Source of the DNA: Tubiluchus corallicola
Taxonomy: Eukaryota; Animalia; Priapulida
NCBI GenBank assembly: GCA_030141605.1
Contig: JAQGDQ010001722.1
Location: 1-27,945, forward strand
Length of the DNA: 27,945 nucleotides
Reading direction: 5' to 3'
Position numbers and translations under genes: made by a program. Position 1 is the stretch's first letter. Every line of letters begins with the position of its first letter. The notes under the pieces were generated by a model. The model was not told where the DNA came from. It saw only the letters and a list, made by a program, of their open reading frames with translations, and did not search any database. Below are positions 10,228 through 22,378 of the stretch, one piece after another.

Positions 10228-10688
10228 CTAGGATGAGAATGACAAATTGCAAAAAAACTCTGAAACAGGCCATAGGCAGCAACAAATTGCAATTTTGTGA
10301 CCATAGAGAGCCTCTAAGTGGACTTAAAATATCAGTTACCTTGTTTCATGCATAATTTAAAATACCCAACTATCAAAGATACATGATACCTAATTGTCTC
10401 AAAAACGCCTAAGTACTGGCCGCTCCTATGCAAAAGTATATAAAAACTGTCTGCAATTGACTCAAATAACTCTGCACAATTGATTCTACATTTTTATACA
10501 TAGAGATACACACGTGGTTACACTGATGTACATGATGTAAACAAAGTGACGGCCTGCCAACTAGTGGTCAGCTTGTGAAATAATGTACTGGGTCCGTAAA
10601 TATTTTCTCAACGAATTTACACGATTTACAAAAATGGCACTACTGGTCTTCCAAAAACTCGGAATTCCGCGGAAAATTCTCATCCCTG
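10228..10688. mobile_element. CAGGGATGAGAAT-family MITE, intron 1 of left copy, abutting the exon 2 acceptor
   Basis: ctaggatgagaat ... attctcatccctg; homologous to 6804-7240. Confidence 0.85.
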
Positions 10689-11039
10689 AGAGATGAATTA
10701 CTATTGTGCAACATTAAAGGAAAGGTCAAGCGTTCTAGAAGATTAGGCTTATTTCAATGTTCGGGGAAAATGTTATAAAGATTTAGTAACAAAACTGCAA
10801 TGAGCGCTTCGCTTAACTAGTTACATCACTTTAAAGTCACGATCACTTCATGCTTGGGTGCTCCCGTTTCCAATGTCAATTCTTCATCCAATGACATCAT
10901 TCGTCTTGAAGAAAAGTAGCGCACTGTCAATCATCGTCAAACGTATAAGTTTTTACAAAAGAAATAGATAGCTAATTTTGTAATATTTTTGCATCAACAT
11001 TGGGTAAGATGCAGAAGTTTGAATTAGTTTAAGCTCTGC

Positions 11040-11144
11040 GCGCTTACGGATTGCCACGACGCGCTTACGGAATGCCACGACGCGCTTACGGAAAGCCACG
11101 ACGCACTTACGGAAAGCCACAACGCGTTTACGAAAACTCACGAA
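11040..11144 (+). repeat. 21-bp tandem repeat x5
   Basis: Unit gcgcttacgga(a/t)(a/t)gccacgac; mirror copy at 21121-21225. Confidence 0.9.
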
Positions 11145-12460
11145 GTCTCCCAGTTACATCACGATTTTCAAGTGAATGGCGGCAACCACCACGCATAAAA
11201 ATTTCTTTTTCAGAGGTGGTGCATTTTAAATTTATGCTTTATAGACAGTTCTTTGCAAATTTCTTTGTTATATTTTTCTAAGTTTAAGTTTAAATTTTTT
11301 TAAACAGAGACACAAGCACAACAACGTATCAAAAAGCTCCAATAATTCTACCACGAATTACAAATGTAGCCAAATTAAACAACAGAATAAGTAAAACGTG
11401 ACACGTACAGGTTAACATGTTGCGATAATCAACGTGCAGATGTATTTTAATCACTCATCAAAAACAACTGAGTTCAGTAAATGCCCTCTATTCATTAAGC
11501 GCCAATCATTTTGAACTTTGTAGGGTAAAACAACCTCATTATCTTTCGCCAACCGCAGCAAAACACTAGACGTCCTTTGATACATGAGACGACAAATATT
11601 GGCAGAAAGTTGATAAGTGGAATGAACTTTGCATAGCTTTGCATAATGATACTATAACGATTAATGTACTAGATAAGCCTGGTAAGTAACCCCACATAAC
11701 TAATGACCAAAACTTGCCATTCGAATGAGTCTGCGTAAAAGAACATTCAAACACTTTTTCAACATTTGGTTAGCAAAATTAGAACGTGAAACGACCTTAA
11801 TTTCTTCTAGGCTGATCGGTTGGTTTTTCCTGGAACACTCCACTGGGCTGCAGCAAGGAGGCGATCAATAAAGTAGCGTGTACGATCACACAAGTGCACA
11901 CCAGACCAAACTACTCAAAAGGTTAAGTTGGAGTGCCAGAAAGGGGCGTGTTCTGCTTAATTTTATCCAAATAAATCAATTATAAATGTTTAAGCAAATA
12001 GAATGACAGGATAGATGAGATTCCCCTGAATAGAACAGTACCTACAAAGTCTCTGCCAAATCGGATTGGAACTAAGGTAACACCGAAGTTCAGGAAACCG
12101 AATCAAACTGAAGCTCGGATTCGAAGTCGGTTTCGAAGCTCCGATTCTGTTAGAGCTTCGCCGATACCCTAACAACAACAAACACCTGCACTTTACAGAC
12201 ACTTTGTCAAGAACAATCCTGATCAGCTTGCTTCATTAGGAGTCATACTGCAGGCTGCAGCGGTATCTGATAGCTACTGGGGTGTCAAGTTTGTCATTTT
12301 CATTTACATTATAAAAAGAGCTGAATAAAATGTGAACATGGTCAAGATTGGTCAATGTGGCAAATTTCATTACGATAAATGTAAAAAAATAAATCGAGTC
12401 ACTTATGAAATGCTACAGTCGTTTGAAACCAAAAAACAAGTATAATTTTTAGGCCTAGTC

Positions 12461-12872
12461 CGACTTGCCAGTATAGTAAGTAAGTAAGTATGTAAGTAAG
12501 TATCTTTATTTACCACCTTTTTTACAAGAAAAACACAGAGCATGAAACGATAATATGATACAAAGTGACGAGATTATTAAATGAATTAATTATCTGAGTT
12601 AATGATGTTCAAGTGATTGGTGAACGGGTGGCGAAAAACTAAAAGTTACCAAAGTCAACCATCCTGTAAGTAATGTTGCTATTAGTGATACGCGCAATTA
12701 TCTTGACGAAGATTTCAGAATAAGGTGTGTAAAACTATTGAGATTAAGTTTAAATTTGAACATAAATATCATGGACATAAAGGCATAATAAATACATATA
12801 ATGTTGATATTCTAAGCAATGCGTAAATTTACGCAGCTAGAATTGCCCTACCTCTTAAATTTCATTTATACT
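12461..12872 (-). mobile_element. 412-bp left-arm-only segment, possibly containing a LINE 3' end
   Basis: Absent at the mirror site near 19805; on the minus strand AATAAA is followed by a (TTAC)n tail; no target-site duplication seen. Confidence 0.4.
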
Positions 12873-14136
12873 TAACTATACTGTTTATACTGTCATGATC
12901 AGGGGTTAAGTAAGCACATGAAATCCATATTTTTCCACAAAGTTTTTGTTAACGAAAGACAAACTTTACTAGGATTCGTCCTGCAATCAATATGGCAGGC
13001 AAATTACTTCGCTCATTCACTACTCTCTAAGTAAATGAGAATATTTATGAATGTCGAGACGTGACCCGTTCTTTAAACAGTTTCAAATTATGACATCTAG
13101 TTTTCGATGCAACAACTAAATGAAAGAAATTTCCAGGCAAATTTTTTTGTTTTCTATCCACTATCTCATAAACCTCTATAAGATCTCCACAGTGTCTTCT
13201 TAATTCAGACGTGGTCAAACTGCAATCTTTCTAAATATGTGAGATTTTTTTACAGTCAAATATTATTTTTCTAGCATGCCCTTGCACTCCTACCATAAGA
13301 AGCATGTCTTTCTGGTAACGGGAGTTCCAAACCTGTACACGCTATTCTAGATGAGGTCAGACCAAACCAATGTATAATTTCAAAACAATTTCTTTATTTT
13401 TAGAAGTTTACATCTTTACCATCCCAAGATTACTTTACTTTTTAACAGACGAAATGCATTACCGTGAAATTTCGAGTCTCACGTATGGTACACTTACAAG
13501 TTTTATTCCTGAATACCTGAGCTGTGACTGCTACGTAGCTACATTCATTCATAATCCATTTATTATATTTCTCAATGATTAGGTTATATCTGTTTTATCT
13601 TGTATTGGTCACTTTTTCCCAATGTACTGCAGTGCATGGTCTTTGTCAGTTTGTGCAAAAAATTGAATAGAAATAACACTTCTACGCTTCTTCAGTACTA
13701 ATAAGTAGCATTATCTCTAACACAACAAGTAACAGTAATAAAACAATCGAGCACTGAAGCTACTAAAAAGAAATTAATACTAGTGGTACACTGCATTTTC
13801 AAACCATAATCTCTCAAACTGTCACTTTGACTGTGACAGTGAGAAAATATAACCATAAAGTTTCAATTGCGGATATCAATGACGTCTCACATGTATGCAA
13901 CATTTGGCTGGAAGTTACTTTGCCAAAACATCCGAACGTATCTAAGGTGGGGTAGTGAGAGTCAGCCAAAGTTAACCTAGTTTTCAGCAACAACGGTGTA
14001 CTGGGTAACCACGGAAGTCAATGTAAGCATAACTGCTGATACAAAAACATGCGCTTCAAGGACATACATCTGAACTATATAACATTTATAATATCTTTTA
14101 TGAGACCTAGTAAAATTTCATCAGACATATAATTAC

Positions 14137-14167
14137 CTGCGAAACGTTGTTTATCACAGACCGCCAT
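14137..14167 (-). CDS. ATL: Probable atlastin coding exon 1, left copy (MAVCDKQRFA + G)
   Basis: aaaATGGcg start context; 31 nt ending cag|GTaatt in phase 1, matching the phase-1 start of exon 2; lies just inside the duplicated arm. Confidence 0.75.
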
Positions 14168-15511
14168 TTTGTAATTTGAAAAATGACAACGTGTCCCAAA
14201 ATGCATAGCCCATTTTGCCTCTGGTTGACCTGTTCTAGACCATTGATAAATAAGACTAATAAACGAGTAAGTAAAAACGCAGCCATTGTTTTCTTCTTTT
14301 TAACTAATTATTATATATTATTATAATCTTGACGTCAACAATATTATTTCATTTTTTGGTCTTTATAAACACCTACCAAACCCAGAAGTGATACATTTCC
14401 TCTCATATAAGTTTTGCAATTGATTCAAAAGGGTTATAGAGGTCATCTCTAGCCTCCCTGCGATTGTATGAGTTTGTTATTTGATATCAATGCTTTATAA
14501 GTTCCATCACATGAATGGCAATAATGTTTTCATTCCCCAAAGTGTGTGATACTTTGTGTGAACATGATGACTTTCATTATTAAATGAGGTATGATAGAAA
14601 TTTGATCACCTTTAGTGTTAGAAGTCATTGTGACAAGCACCTCAAATTTTTAAAGCATGTGTGTCACGGCAATATAGCTGCCAAAGCATTAAAAGCGTGT
14701 GTTTATTGGAAGATGCTCTTGATCCGCTTTTTGGGCATCGCCAGATGACCCGTCAGCAATGATGAATCCACAGCTGGGTACTAATAACCTACAAACAGAA
14801 CCTTCAACCAGGAGAGGATACGTACATATATTTTACAAGTGCAACTTTTCCTAAACAGATGATTGGGCATGCACAGCCATTATGTCAGTTAACCAATGCC
14901 TTTGTGTGCGTGTAGATACTTTCAAGCAGACAACACATCACCTATGATTGTCTTAATACTAGGTTTATCAACAATATAATAGGATTATACAGATTTTTTC
15001 GATATTTTTTTTTAGTTGTGTCCAATTAAATTGCAACGAATATTATAGGCCTTTCTCGCTTTGTTCTCTCTTCAGCTTTTTAAACTTGGTTCCTGGCACT
15101 TGGGTCACTCAAGCAGTATAGATGCTTCATGACAGTGTTGTCTGTTGTTACTGACATTGCTTTTGCTGGCACGTCTTATTGTTGTTGATTTGATTTGCTG
15201 CTGTTGCTATACTGTTGTTCCTTGGATAATGGTAATATTGCTCTTGTTATTGTTGCTGCTGCCGCTCCTGCTGCTGTTGTTGTTGATAGTGGTGAGGACA
15301 TTGCTACTGATAGGATTTCCGCAAATAAAGTTAACAAGTAAATGAATCAAATAACTAAAAAGAATCATCACAAGATTTTAAATAACCATGCCAATTTAGT
15401 TTAAATCAAGCTTAAATGATTTAGTTAGTTCATACGTCTATTTTACAAAAGTAAATAAACAAACAAGAAAGTTATAAATGGGTTTTTAGTTGAAATCTAA
15501 AATTAAAGACT

Positions 15512-16150
15512 TGAATAATTCAGCACTTCATCTACATACATTCTTTATCATTGTAGTGTTTGAATCGTCGTTTGTAAGCAACGTGCAATTAGCAATTTTT
15601 TTTGCAATTTTTTAACAAGTTATTAGTGTTGTACTGAAGAACAAAATCAAGTAGTAAGCGTGATCTCCGAGAGGGACTGCTTTTTATTAGTGATTCAAAA
15701 ATCTTTCAAACAAAAATTCGAATTCCATTTGGATTCGTATTCTCAAAATTTGGTTTGATTCCATTTTGAATCATTGCATTTTTCTGTCTTTTAAGACAAT
15801 ATACAGTCTTTTTTCCTACTATGTCCACTAACACATCCTTCTTCCGGTCCTGAGTGATCTAACGTTTTTCCTAGGTCTTCTTTTTGTTCACTTATCAGTT
15901 TCTTTTTATCTAGCTCACGTGCCAGCAGGTTTTTACAAGCCTTTGCTTTTCTAGCCCACTGCAGTGTAATTATTCTTTTATGATAACGATAGTATATGAA
16001 ACAGTATGAAGTAACTATTTTGGTGTCACCATGTATTGAATGTCACAACGATGTACTGAAAATTATGATAATAAAAATTCAAACTCCAAAAACTTCGAAA
16101 GTTACAAATTCAATTCGAATTCGCTCTCTGATAGAGAATGCTCATCCTTA
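15512..16150. mobile_element. Degenerate, longer relative of the 17304-17690 hAT MITE
   Basis: Shares gaataattcagcacttca, aagcaac(g/a)tgcaattagca and the 3' end attcgct(c/t)tctg(a/g)tagagaatgctca; left boundary uncertain. Confidence 0.7.
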
Positions 16151-17303
16151 TCATTAGTAGTAGCATCAGCTCAGACTCCACTGTGTTTGATATTTCTACT
16201 GCGAAGGGCGTGCGCGATGCCCTGTATGCGTTATCTGAAATTTGTCAAAAAAAAGGTAAAGCACTATTTTTTCTTAAACGTTAAGTAATAAACAAATATT
16301 CAACTACTTTCGCTTTTTTGCGACAAAATGTGAGCACAGAACTTTTAAGCGTTTCTATAAGTTTGATTATACACCATGTTGTAATTCTATTGTTTGTAAG
16401 TTTCACTTTTCACTTTCACTTTTGTTATCAATCCGCCATGTAAAACGGTTCTGAGTAAACATGGGTGCATGATGGTATGGTGTTCGGCTTGTACCATGAA
16501 TTTTTAGTTCGCATTTTGCAAACTTGCTTTGAAAAATCAAATTAACTTTGCGAGCCTGGAGCAGGTAAATGCAAGGTTCTTATATTGCTGAACTTAATTA
16601 TGTATAATATGTTTAAGTTGCATCTGACTTTACTGCAATAAGCAGGTGTGTTTTGAGGCTTTGCCGAGCTCCGGGTCTGAGTTAGTGAAGTTAAACGCTA
16701 AGGTGAAACCGAGTGTAGACCCAAGTGAGTTAGGTACTTCGATTTTCATCTTCGTAATAGTTCACTAATCTCAGAACAAGGGTTTGTGGGTAAACACACC
16801 AAAATAGTAGAACCTGTATGTGTATTCTTAGAGTAATTTCGACGTGGGAAAGCAAATTATTGTAGTGTTGTTAGCTGATAGATGCCTAGTAGTAGTAATT
16901 ACTAATAGGATATTGGCACTTCCTTTACTAGAGACGGTTTTGGTTATGCTTACTAAGTGATGGACTATAAACATTTGGTCACACACATGTTTTGCGCCAT
17001 GACCTTGCGCACATATCGCTTACAGCTCAAAAGTGGGTTGGGTGATGACTAAACAATGCTGACTGAACAGCGGCAGGTCTGGAGCTTTTTTGTTTGAAAT
17101 CGTGAGGTCGACTGCATTTGAGTATATCTTGTTTGAAGCATCTCATTCGCCCAATTTGCAGGATGTTTTACCGTGTATAGTGAGCGAAGTAGCGAAACTT
17201 ATTCGAAAATGCTTAGCCATACTGTTTAAATACTTTAAATGTCTATTCTGTTTAAATATTTGGTTTCTGAATTTTAGGATTCCGCCAACTGCTTTATGAT
17301 TAT

Positions 17304-17690
17304 TAGGGGTGAGCATCGAACGTTCGAATCGAACGTTTGAATTCGATTCGAACGAGTTTTTTAGCTCGAACTCGATTCGAATCCAAAACTATAGATTCGA
17401 ATAATTCAGCACTTCAATCACATATGTTCCTGATCACTAAAACGATTGAAGCAACATGCAATTAGCATAATTGAGCAGTAATTTCTGTGCACAATTTTAA
17501 ACAAATTACTAGTCGTTTTATTGCAGAACAAAATCTAGTGATACGCATAATCTTTGTAAGACTAATTTTTACTGGTGGTTCGAAAACTTGTTCGAAAATC
17601 GTTCAATTGAAGTTCGATTCGATTCGAATTCGAAAGTTACAAATTCGGTTCGATTCAAATTCGCTTTCTGGTAGAGAATGCTCACCCCTA
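17304..17690. mobile_element. hAT-type MITE rich in TTCGA(A/T)
   Basis: TIR taggggtgagcat / atgctcaccccta; perfect 8-bp target-site duplication atgattat (17296-17303, 17691-17698). Confidence 0.9.
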
Positions 17691-17974
17691 ATGATTATTA
17701 TTAAAATAGATACCTTTTTCAATAGTATACTTCGAGTAATAGTGCATGTAAATAATAATAATAAAATAACAAAATCTTGAAGAAATTGGAAATAAATGAT
17801 TTTAAAGTCACTTGGTTCTGGTTGACTAAGTGTATTACAAGGTTATCCACTCCTGCGCATCATAAAAGTAGCAAACCTTGACCAAAGCGCAATCAGGATG
17901 CTTTCATTGTGGTCATTTGACCACTTCTTCTCAGTATCTTCTCAATGTTTCTTCGATACCACTAGCCAAGCTTG

Positions 17975-18345
17975 CACAGCAGATGGATATGTGTTCTAGT
18001 TGTCCAGTAAAAAAATGGTTGCCATAGTGAGAAGGGTTGCCCAGTGATGGCCAAAAAACTTCTAAAATTGCTATTTTTGGGACTTCTCCAAAACTGCCGA
18101 GGTAGGAAAGACGAAACGCGGTACTGCGGTACCTCCGATAATTGTCTAAAAGATGTCAAAACAAAAGTTTGAATTTTAATCTGTCTGCTTGTCTATGTTT
18201 CTTTGCTATTTCTCAGGGATTGCCGATCTGACTCTGGCAAAATCTGCACAGTGGGTGGGATGTGGACCGTAGTTGTGCAGTAAAAAATTTGGTTGCCATA
18301 GTGATGACAGTTGTCTAGCAATGGCCGAAAAACTTCTAAAATTCG
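17975..18345 (+). repeat. Diverged ~95-bp direct repeat pair (17975-18070, 18246-18345) next to the right-arm breakpoint
   Basis: Shared tagttgt.cagtaaaaaa..tggttgccatagtga ... atggcc.aaaaacttctaaaatt. Confidence 0.75.
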
Positions 18346-18498
18346 TAACTTGATACACGGTACTTTGGAATAATTAAGTTAAAAAGAAGAAAACAATGGC
18401 TAACTCGTTTATTAGTCTTATTTATCAATGGTCTAGAACAGTCAACCAGAGGCAAAATGGGCTATGCATTTTGGGACACGTTGTCATTTTTCAAATTA

Positions 18499-18509
18499 CA
18501 AAATGGCGG
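18499..18509 (+). promoter_or_regulatory. YY1-like/Kozak motif CAAAATGGCGG overlapping the start codon (mirror 14161-14171)
   Basis: Match to the AANATGGCG motif common at 5' ends of animal housekeeping genes; motif match only. Confidence 0.35.
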
Positions 18510-18533
18510 TCTGTGATAAACAACGTTTCGCAG
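18503..18533 (+). CDS. ATL: Probable atlastin coding exon 1, right copy (MAVCDKQRFA + G)
   Basis: ATG at 18503, donor GTaatt at 18534, phase 1; identical to the left copy. Confidence 0.75.
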
Positions 18534-21120
18534 GTAATTATATGTCTGATGAAATTTTACTAGGTCTCATAAAAGATATTATAAATGTTATATAGTTCAG
18601 ATGTATGTCCTTGAAGCGCATGTTTTTGTATCAGCAGTTATGCTTACATTGACTTCCGTGGTTACCCAGTACACGGTTGTTGCTGAAAACTAGGTTAACT
18701 TTGGCTGACTCTCACTACCCCACCTTAGATACGTTCGGACGGACGTTTTGGCAAAGTAACTTCCAGACAAATGTTGCATACATGTGGGACGTCATTGTTA
18801 TCCGCAATTGAAACTTTATGGTTATATTTTCTCACTGTCACAGTCAAAGTGACAGTTTGAGAGATTATGGTTTGAAAATGCAGTGTACCACTAGTAGTAC
18901 TACTACTAGTACTTTAGTAGTAGTAGTAATTTTCTTTTTAGTAGTTTCAGTGCTCGATTGTTTTATTACTGTTACTTGTTAGAGATAATGCTACTTATTA
19001 GTACTGAAGAAGCGTAGAAGTGTTATTTCAATTCAATTTTTTGCACAAACAGACAAAGACCATGCTCTACAGTACATTGGGAAAAAAAGTGACCAATACA
19101 AGATACAACCTAATCATTGAGAAATATAATAAATGGATTATTGATGAATGTAGTTAGGCAGCAGTCACTGCTCAGGTATTCAGGAATAAAAACTGTAAGT
19201 GTAGCATACGTGACATTTCACGGTAATGCATTTCGTCTGTTAAAAAGTAAATAATCTTGGGATGGTAAATATGTAAACTTCTAAAAATAAAGAAATTGTT
19301 TTGAAATTATACATTGGTTTGGTCTGACCTCATCTAGAATAGCTTGTACAGGTTTGGAACTCCCGTTACCAGAAAGACATGCTTCTTATGGTAGGAGTGC
19401 AAGGGCATGCTAGAAAAATAATATTTGACTGTAAAAAAATCTCACATATTTAGAAATTGAGTTTGCAGTTTGACCACGTTTGAATTAAGAAGACACTGTG
19501 GAGATGTTATAGAGGTTTATGAGATAGTGGATAGAAAACATTTTGCCTGGAAATTTCTTTAATTTAGTTGTTGATTCGAAAACTAGATGTCATAGTTTGA
19601 AACTGTTTAAAGAACGGGTCACGTCTCGATGTTCATATTCATTTACTTAGAGAGTAGTGAATGAGCGAAGTAATTTGCCTGCCATATTTATTGCAGGACG
19701 AATACTAGTAAAGTTTGGTCTTTCGTTAACAATTACTTTGTGGAAAAATATGGATTTCATGTGCTTACTTAACCCCTGATCATGACAGTATAAACAGTAT
19801 AGTTAGACTAGGCCTAAAAATTATACTTGTTTTTTGGTTTCAAACGACTGTAGCATTTCATAAGTGACTCGATTTATTTTTTTACATTTATCGTAATGAA
19901 ATTTGCCACATTGACCAATCTTGACCATGTTCACATTTTATTCAGCTCTTTTTATAATGTAAATGAAAATGACAAACTTGACACCCCAGTAGCTATCAGA
20001 TACCGCTGCAGCCTGCAGTATGACTCCTAATGAAGCAAGCTGATCAGGATTGTTCTTGACAAAGTGTCTGTAAAGTGCAGGTGTTTGTTGTTGTTAGGGT
20101 ATCGGCGAAGCTCTAACAGAATCGGAGCTTCGAAACCGACTTCGAATCCGAGCTTCAGTTTGATTCGGTTTCCTGAACTTCGGTGTTACCTTAGTTCCAA
20201 TCCGATTTGGCAGAGACTTTGTAGGTACTGTTCTATTCAGGGGAATCTCATCTATCCTGTCATTCTATTTGCTTAAACATTTATAATTGATTTATTTGGA
20301 TAAAATTAAGCAGAACACGCCCCTTTCTGGCACTCCAACTTAACCTTTTGAGTAGTTTGGTCTGGTGTGCACTTGTGTGATCGTACACGCTACTTTATTG
20401 ATCGCCTCCTTGCTGCAGCCCAGTGGAGTGTTCCAGGAAAAACCAACCGATCAGCCTAGGAGAAATTAAGGTTGTTTCACGTTCTAATTTTGCTAACCAA
20501 ATGTTGAAAAAGTGTTTGAATGTTCTTTTACGCAGACTCATTCGAATGGCAAGTTTTGGTCATTAGTTATGTGGGGTTACTTACCAGGCTTATCTAGTAC
20601 ATTAATCGTTATAGTATCATTATGCAAAGCTATGCAAAGTTCATTCCACTTATCAACTTTCTGCCAATATTTGTCGTCTCATGTATCAAAGGACGTCTAG
20701 TGTTTTGCTGCGGTTGGCGAAAGATAATGAGGTTGTTTTACCCTACAAAGTTCAAAATGATTGGCGCTTAATGAATAGAGGGCATTTACTGAACTCAGTT
20801 GTTTTTGATGAGTGATTAAAATACATCTGCACGTTGATTATCGCAACATGTTAACCTGTACGTGTCACGTTTTACTTATTCTGTTGTTTAATTTGGCTAC
20901 ATTTGTAATTCGTGGTAGAATTATTGGAGCTTTTTGATACGTTGTTGTGCTTGTGTCTCTGTTTAAAAAAATTTAAACTTAAACTTAGAAAAATATAACA
21001 AAGAAATTTGCAAAGAACTGTCTATAAAGCATAAATTTAAAATTTACTACCTCTGAATAGAAATTTTCAGACGTGGTGGTTACTGCCATTCAGTTGAAAA
21101 TCATGACGTAACTGGGAGAC

Positions 21121-21225
21121 TTCGTGAGTTTTCGTAAACGCGTTGTGGCTTTCCGTAAGTGCGTCGTGGCTTTCCGTAAGTGCGTCGTGGCATTCCGTAA
21201 GCGCGTCGTGGCAATCCGTAAGCGC
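21121..21225 (-). repeat. 21-bp tandem repeat x5 (mirror of 11040-11144)
   Basis: Directly visible. Confidence 0.9.
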
Positions 21226-21576
21226 GCAGAGCTTAAACTAATTCAAACTTCTGCATCTTACCCAATGTTGATGCAAAAATATTACAAAATTAGCTATCTA
21301 TTTCTTTTGTAAAAACTTATACGTTTGACGATGATTGACAGTGCGCTACTTTTCTTCAAGACGAATGATGTCATTGGATGAAGAATTGACATTGGAAACG
21401 GGAGCACCCAAGCATGAAGTGATCGTGACTTTAAAGTGATGTAACTAGTTAAGCGAAGAGCTCATTGCAGTTTTGTTACTAAATCTTTATAACATTTTCC
21501 CCGAACATTGAAATAAGCCTAATCTTCTAGAACGCTTGACCTTTCCTTTAATGTTGCACAATAGTAATTCATCTCT

Positions 21577-22037
21577 CAGGGATGAGAATTTTCCGCGGAA
21601 TTCCGAGTTTTTGGAAGACCAGTAGTGCCATTTTTGTAAATCGTGTAAATTCGTTGAGAAAATATTTACGGACCCAGTACATTATTTCACAAGCTGACCA
21701 CTAGTTGGCAGGCCGTCACTTTGTTTACATCATGTACATCAGTGTAACCACGTGTGTATCTCTATGTATAAAAATGTAGAATCAATTGTGCAGAGTTATT
21801 TGAGTCAATTGCAGACAGTTTTTATATACTTTTGCATAGGAGCGGCCAGTACTTAGGCGTTTTTGAGACAATTAGGTATCATGTATCTTTGATAGTTGGG
21901 TATTTTAAATTATGCATGAAACAAGGTAACTGATATTTTAAGTCCACTTAGAGGCTCTCTATGGTCACAAAATTGCAATTTGTTGCTGCCTATGGCCTGT
22001 TTCAGAGTTTTTTTGCAATTTGTCATTCTCATCCTAG
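21577..22037. mobile_element. CAGGGATGAGAAT-family MITE, intron 1 of right copy
   Basis: cagggatgagaat ... attctcatcctag; mirror of 10228-10688. Confidence 0.85.
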
Positions 22038-22052
22038 ATTTATACTTTAAAG

Positions 22053-22270
22053 GTGATATGAATGGTGTAACCAGGCAGAAAGGTGTACCCGTACCAGTCG
22101 TCGTCACAGGAACCGATCACACGTTTGATCTGGATGAAGATGCCCTTGCGAGCATTCTGCTTCAGGAGCATGTGCGAGACAAAAGGGTGGTGGTTGTTTC
22201 CGTAGCCGGAGCTTTCCGCAAGGGAAAATCTTTCCTGTTAGATTTCTTCTTGCGATACATGGAAAACAGG
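22053..22270 (+). CDS. ATL: Atlastin exon 2, right copy (P-loop GAFRKGKS)
   Basis: AG at 22051-22052, GT at 22271-22272; 218 nt; alternative in-frame acceptor gives exon start 22038. Confidence 0.95.
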
Positions 22271-22378
22271 GTACGATGTTGAGTTTGTAAAAAAGTTTGA
22301 AAACTTCATTCTTAAAATCATGTTAAAGGTTGAGCTTGTATAGGATATGACGCATGTTCAGATTCACAGGGTGCGGCA

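Larger units (their letters stand above)
4016..14312 (-). repeat. Left arm of large inverted segmental duplication carrying atlastin exons 1-4
   Basis: Reverse complement of 18369-27931; mirror coordinate sums 32265/32266 across 7378-12460 and 32670 at exon 1; mirrored ORF pairs in the track. Confidence 0.95.

Noticed and set aside
16430-16570. Possible non-coding exon or promoter (ccgccATG; gcag|gtaaat) in the spacer
   Set aside because: The ATG is followed at once by a stop; a lone donor-like motif is not enough support.
20064-20276. 70-aa ORF identical in both arms (also 20512-20700)
   Set aside because: Identity reflects the near-identical tract; no recognisable protein and no good phase-compatible donor; short hairpins suggest repeat origin.
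21365-21439. Short ORF MMSLDEELTLETGAPKHEVIVTLK as atlastin exon 1
   Set aside because: No phase-1 GT donor before its stop, so it cannot join exon 2 in frame; 18503-18533 fits.
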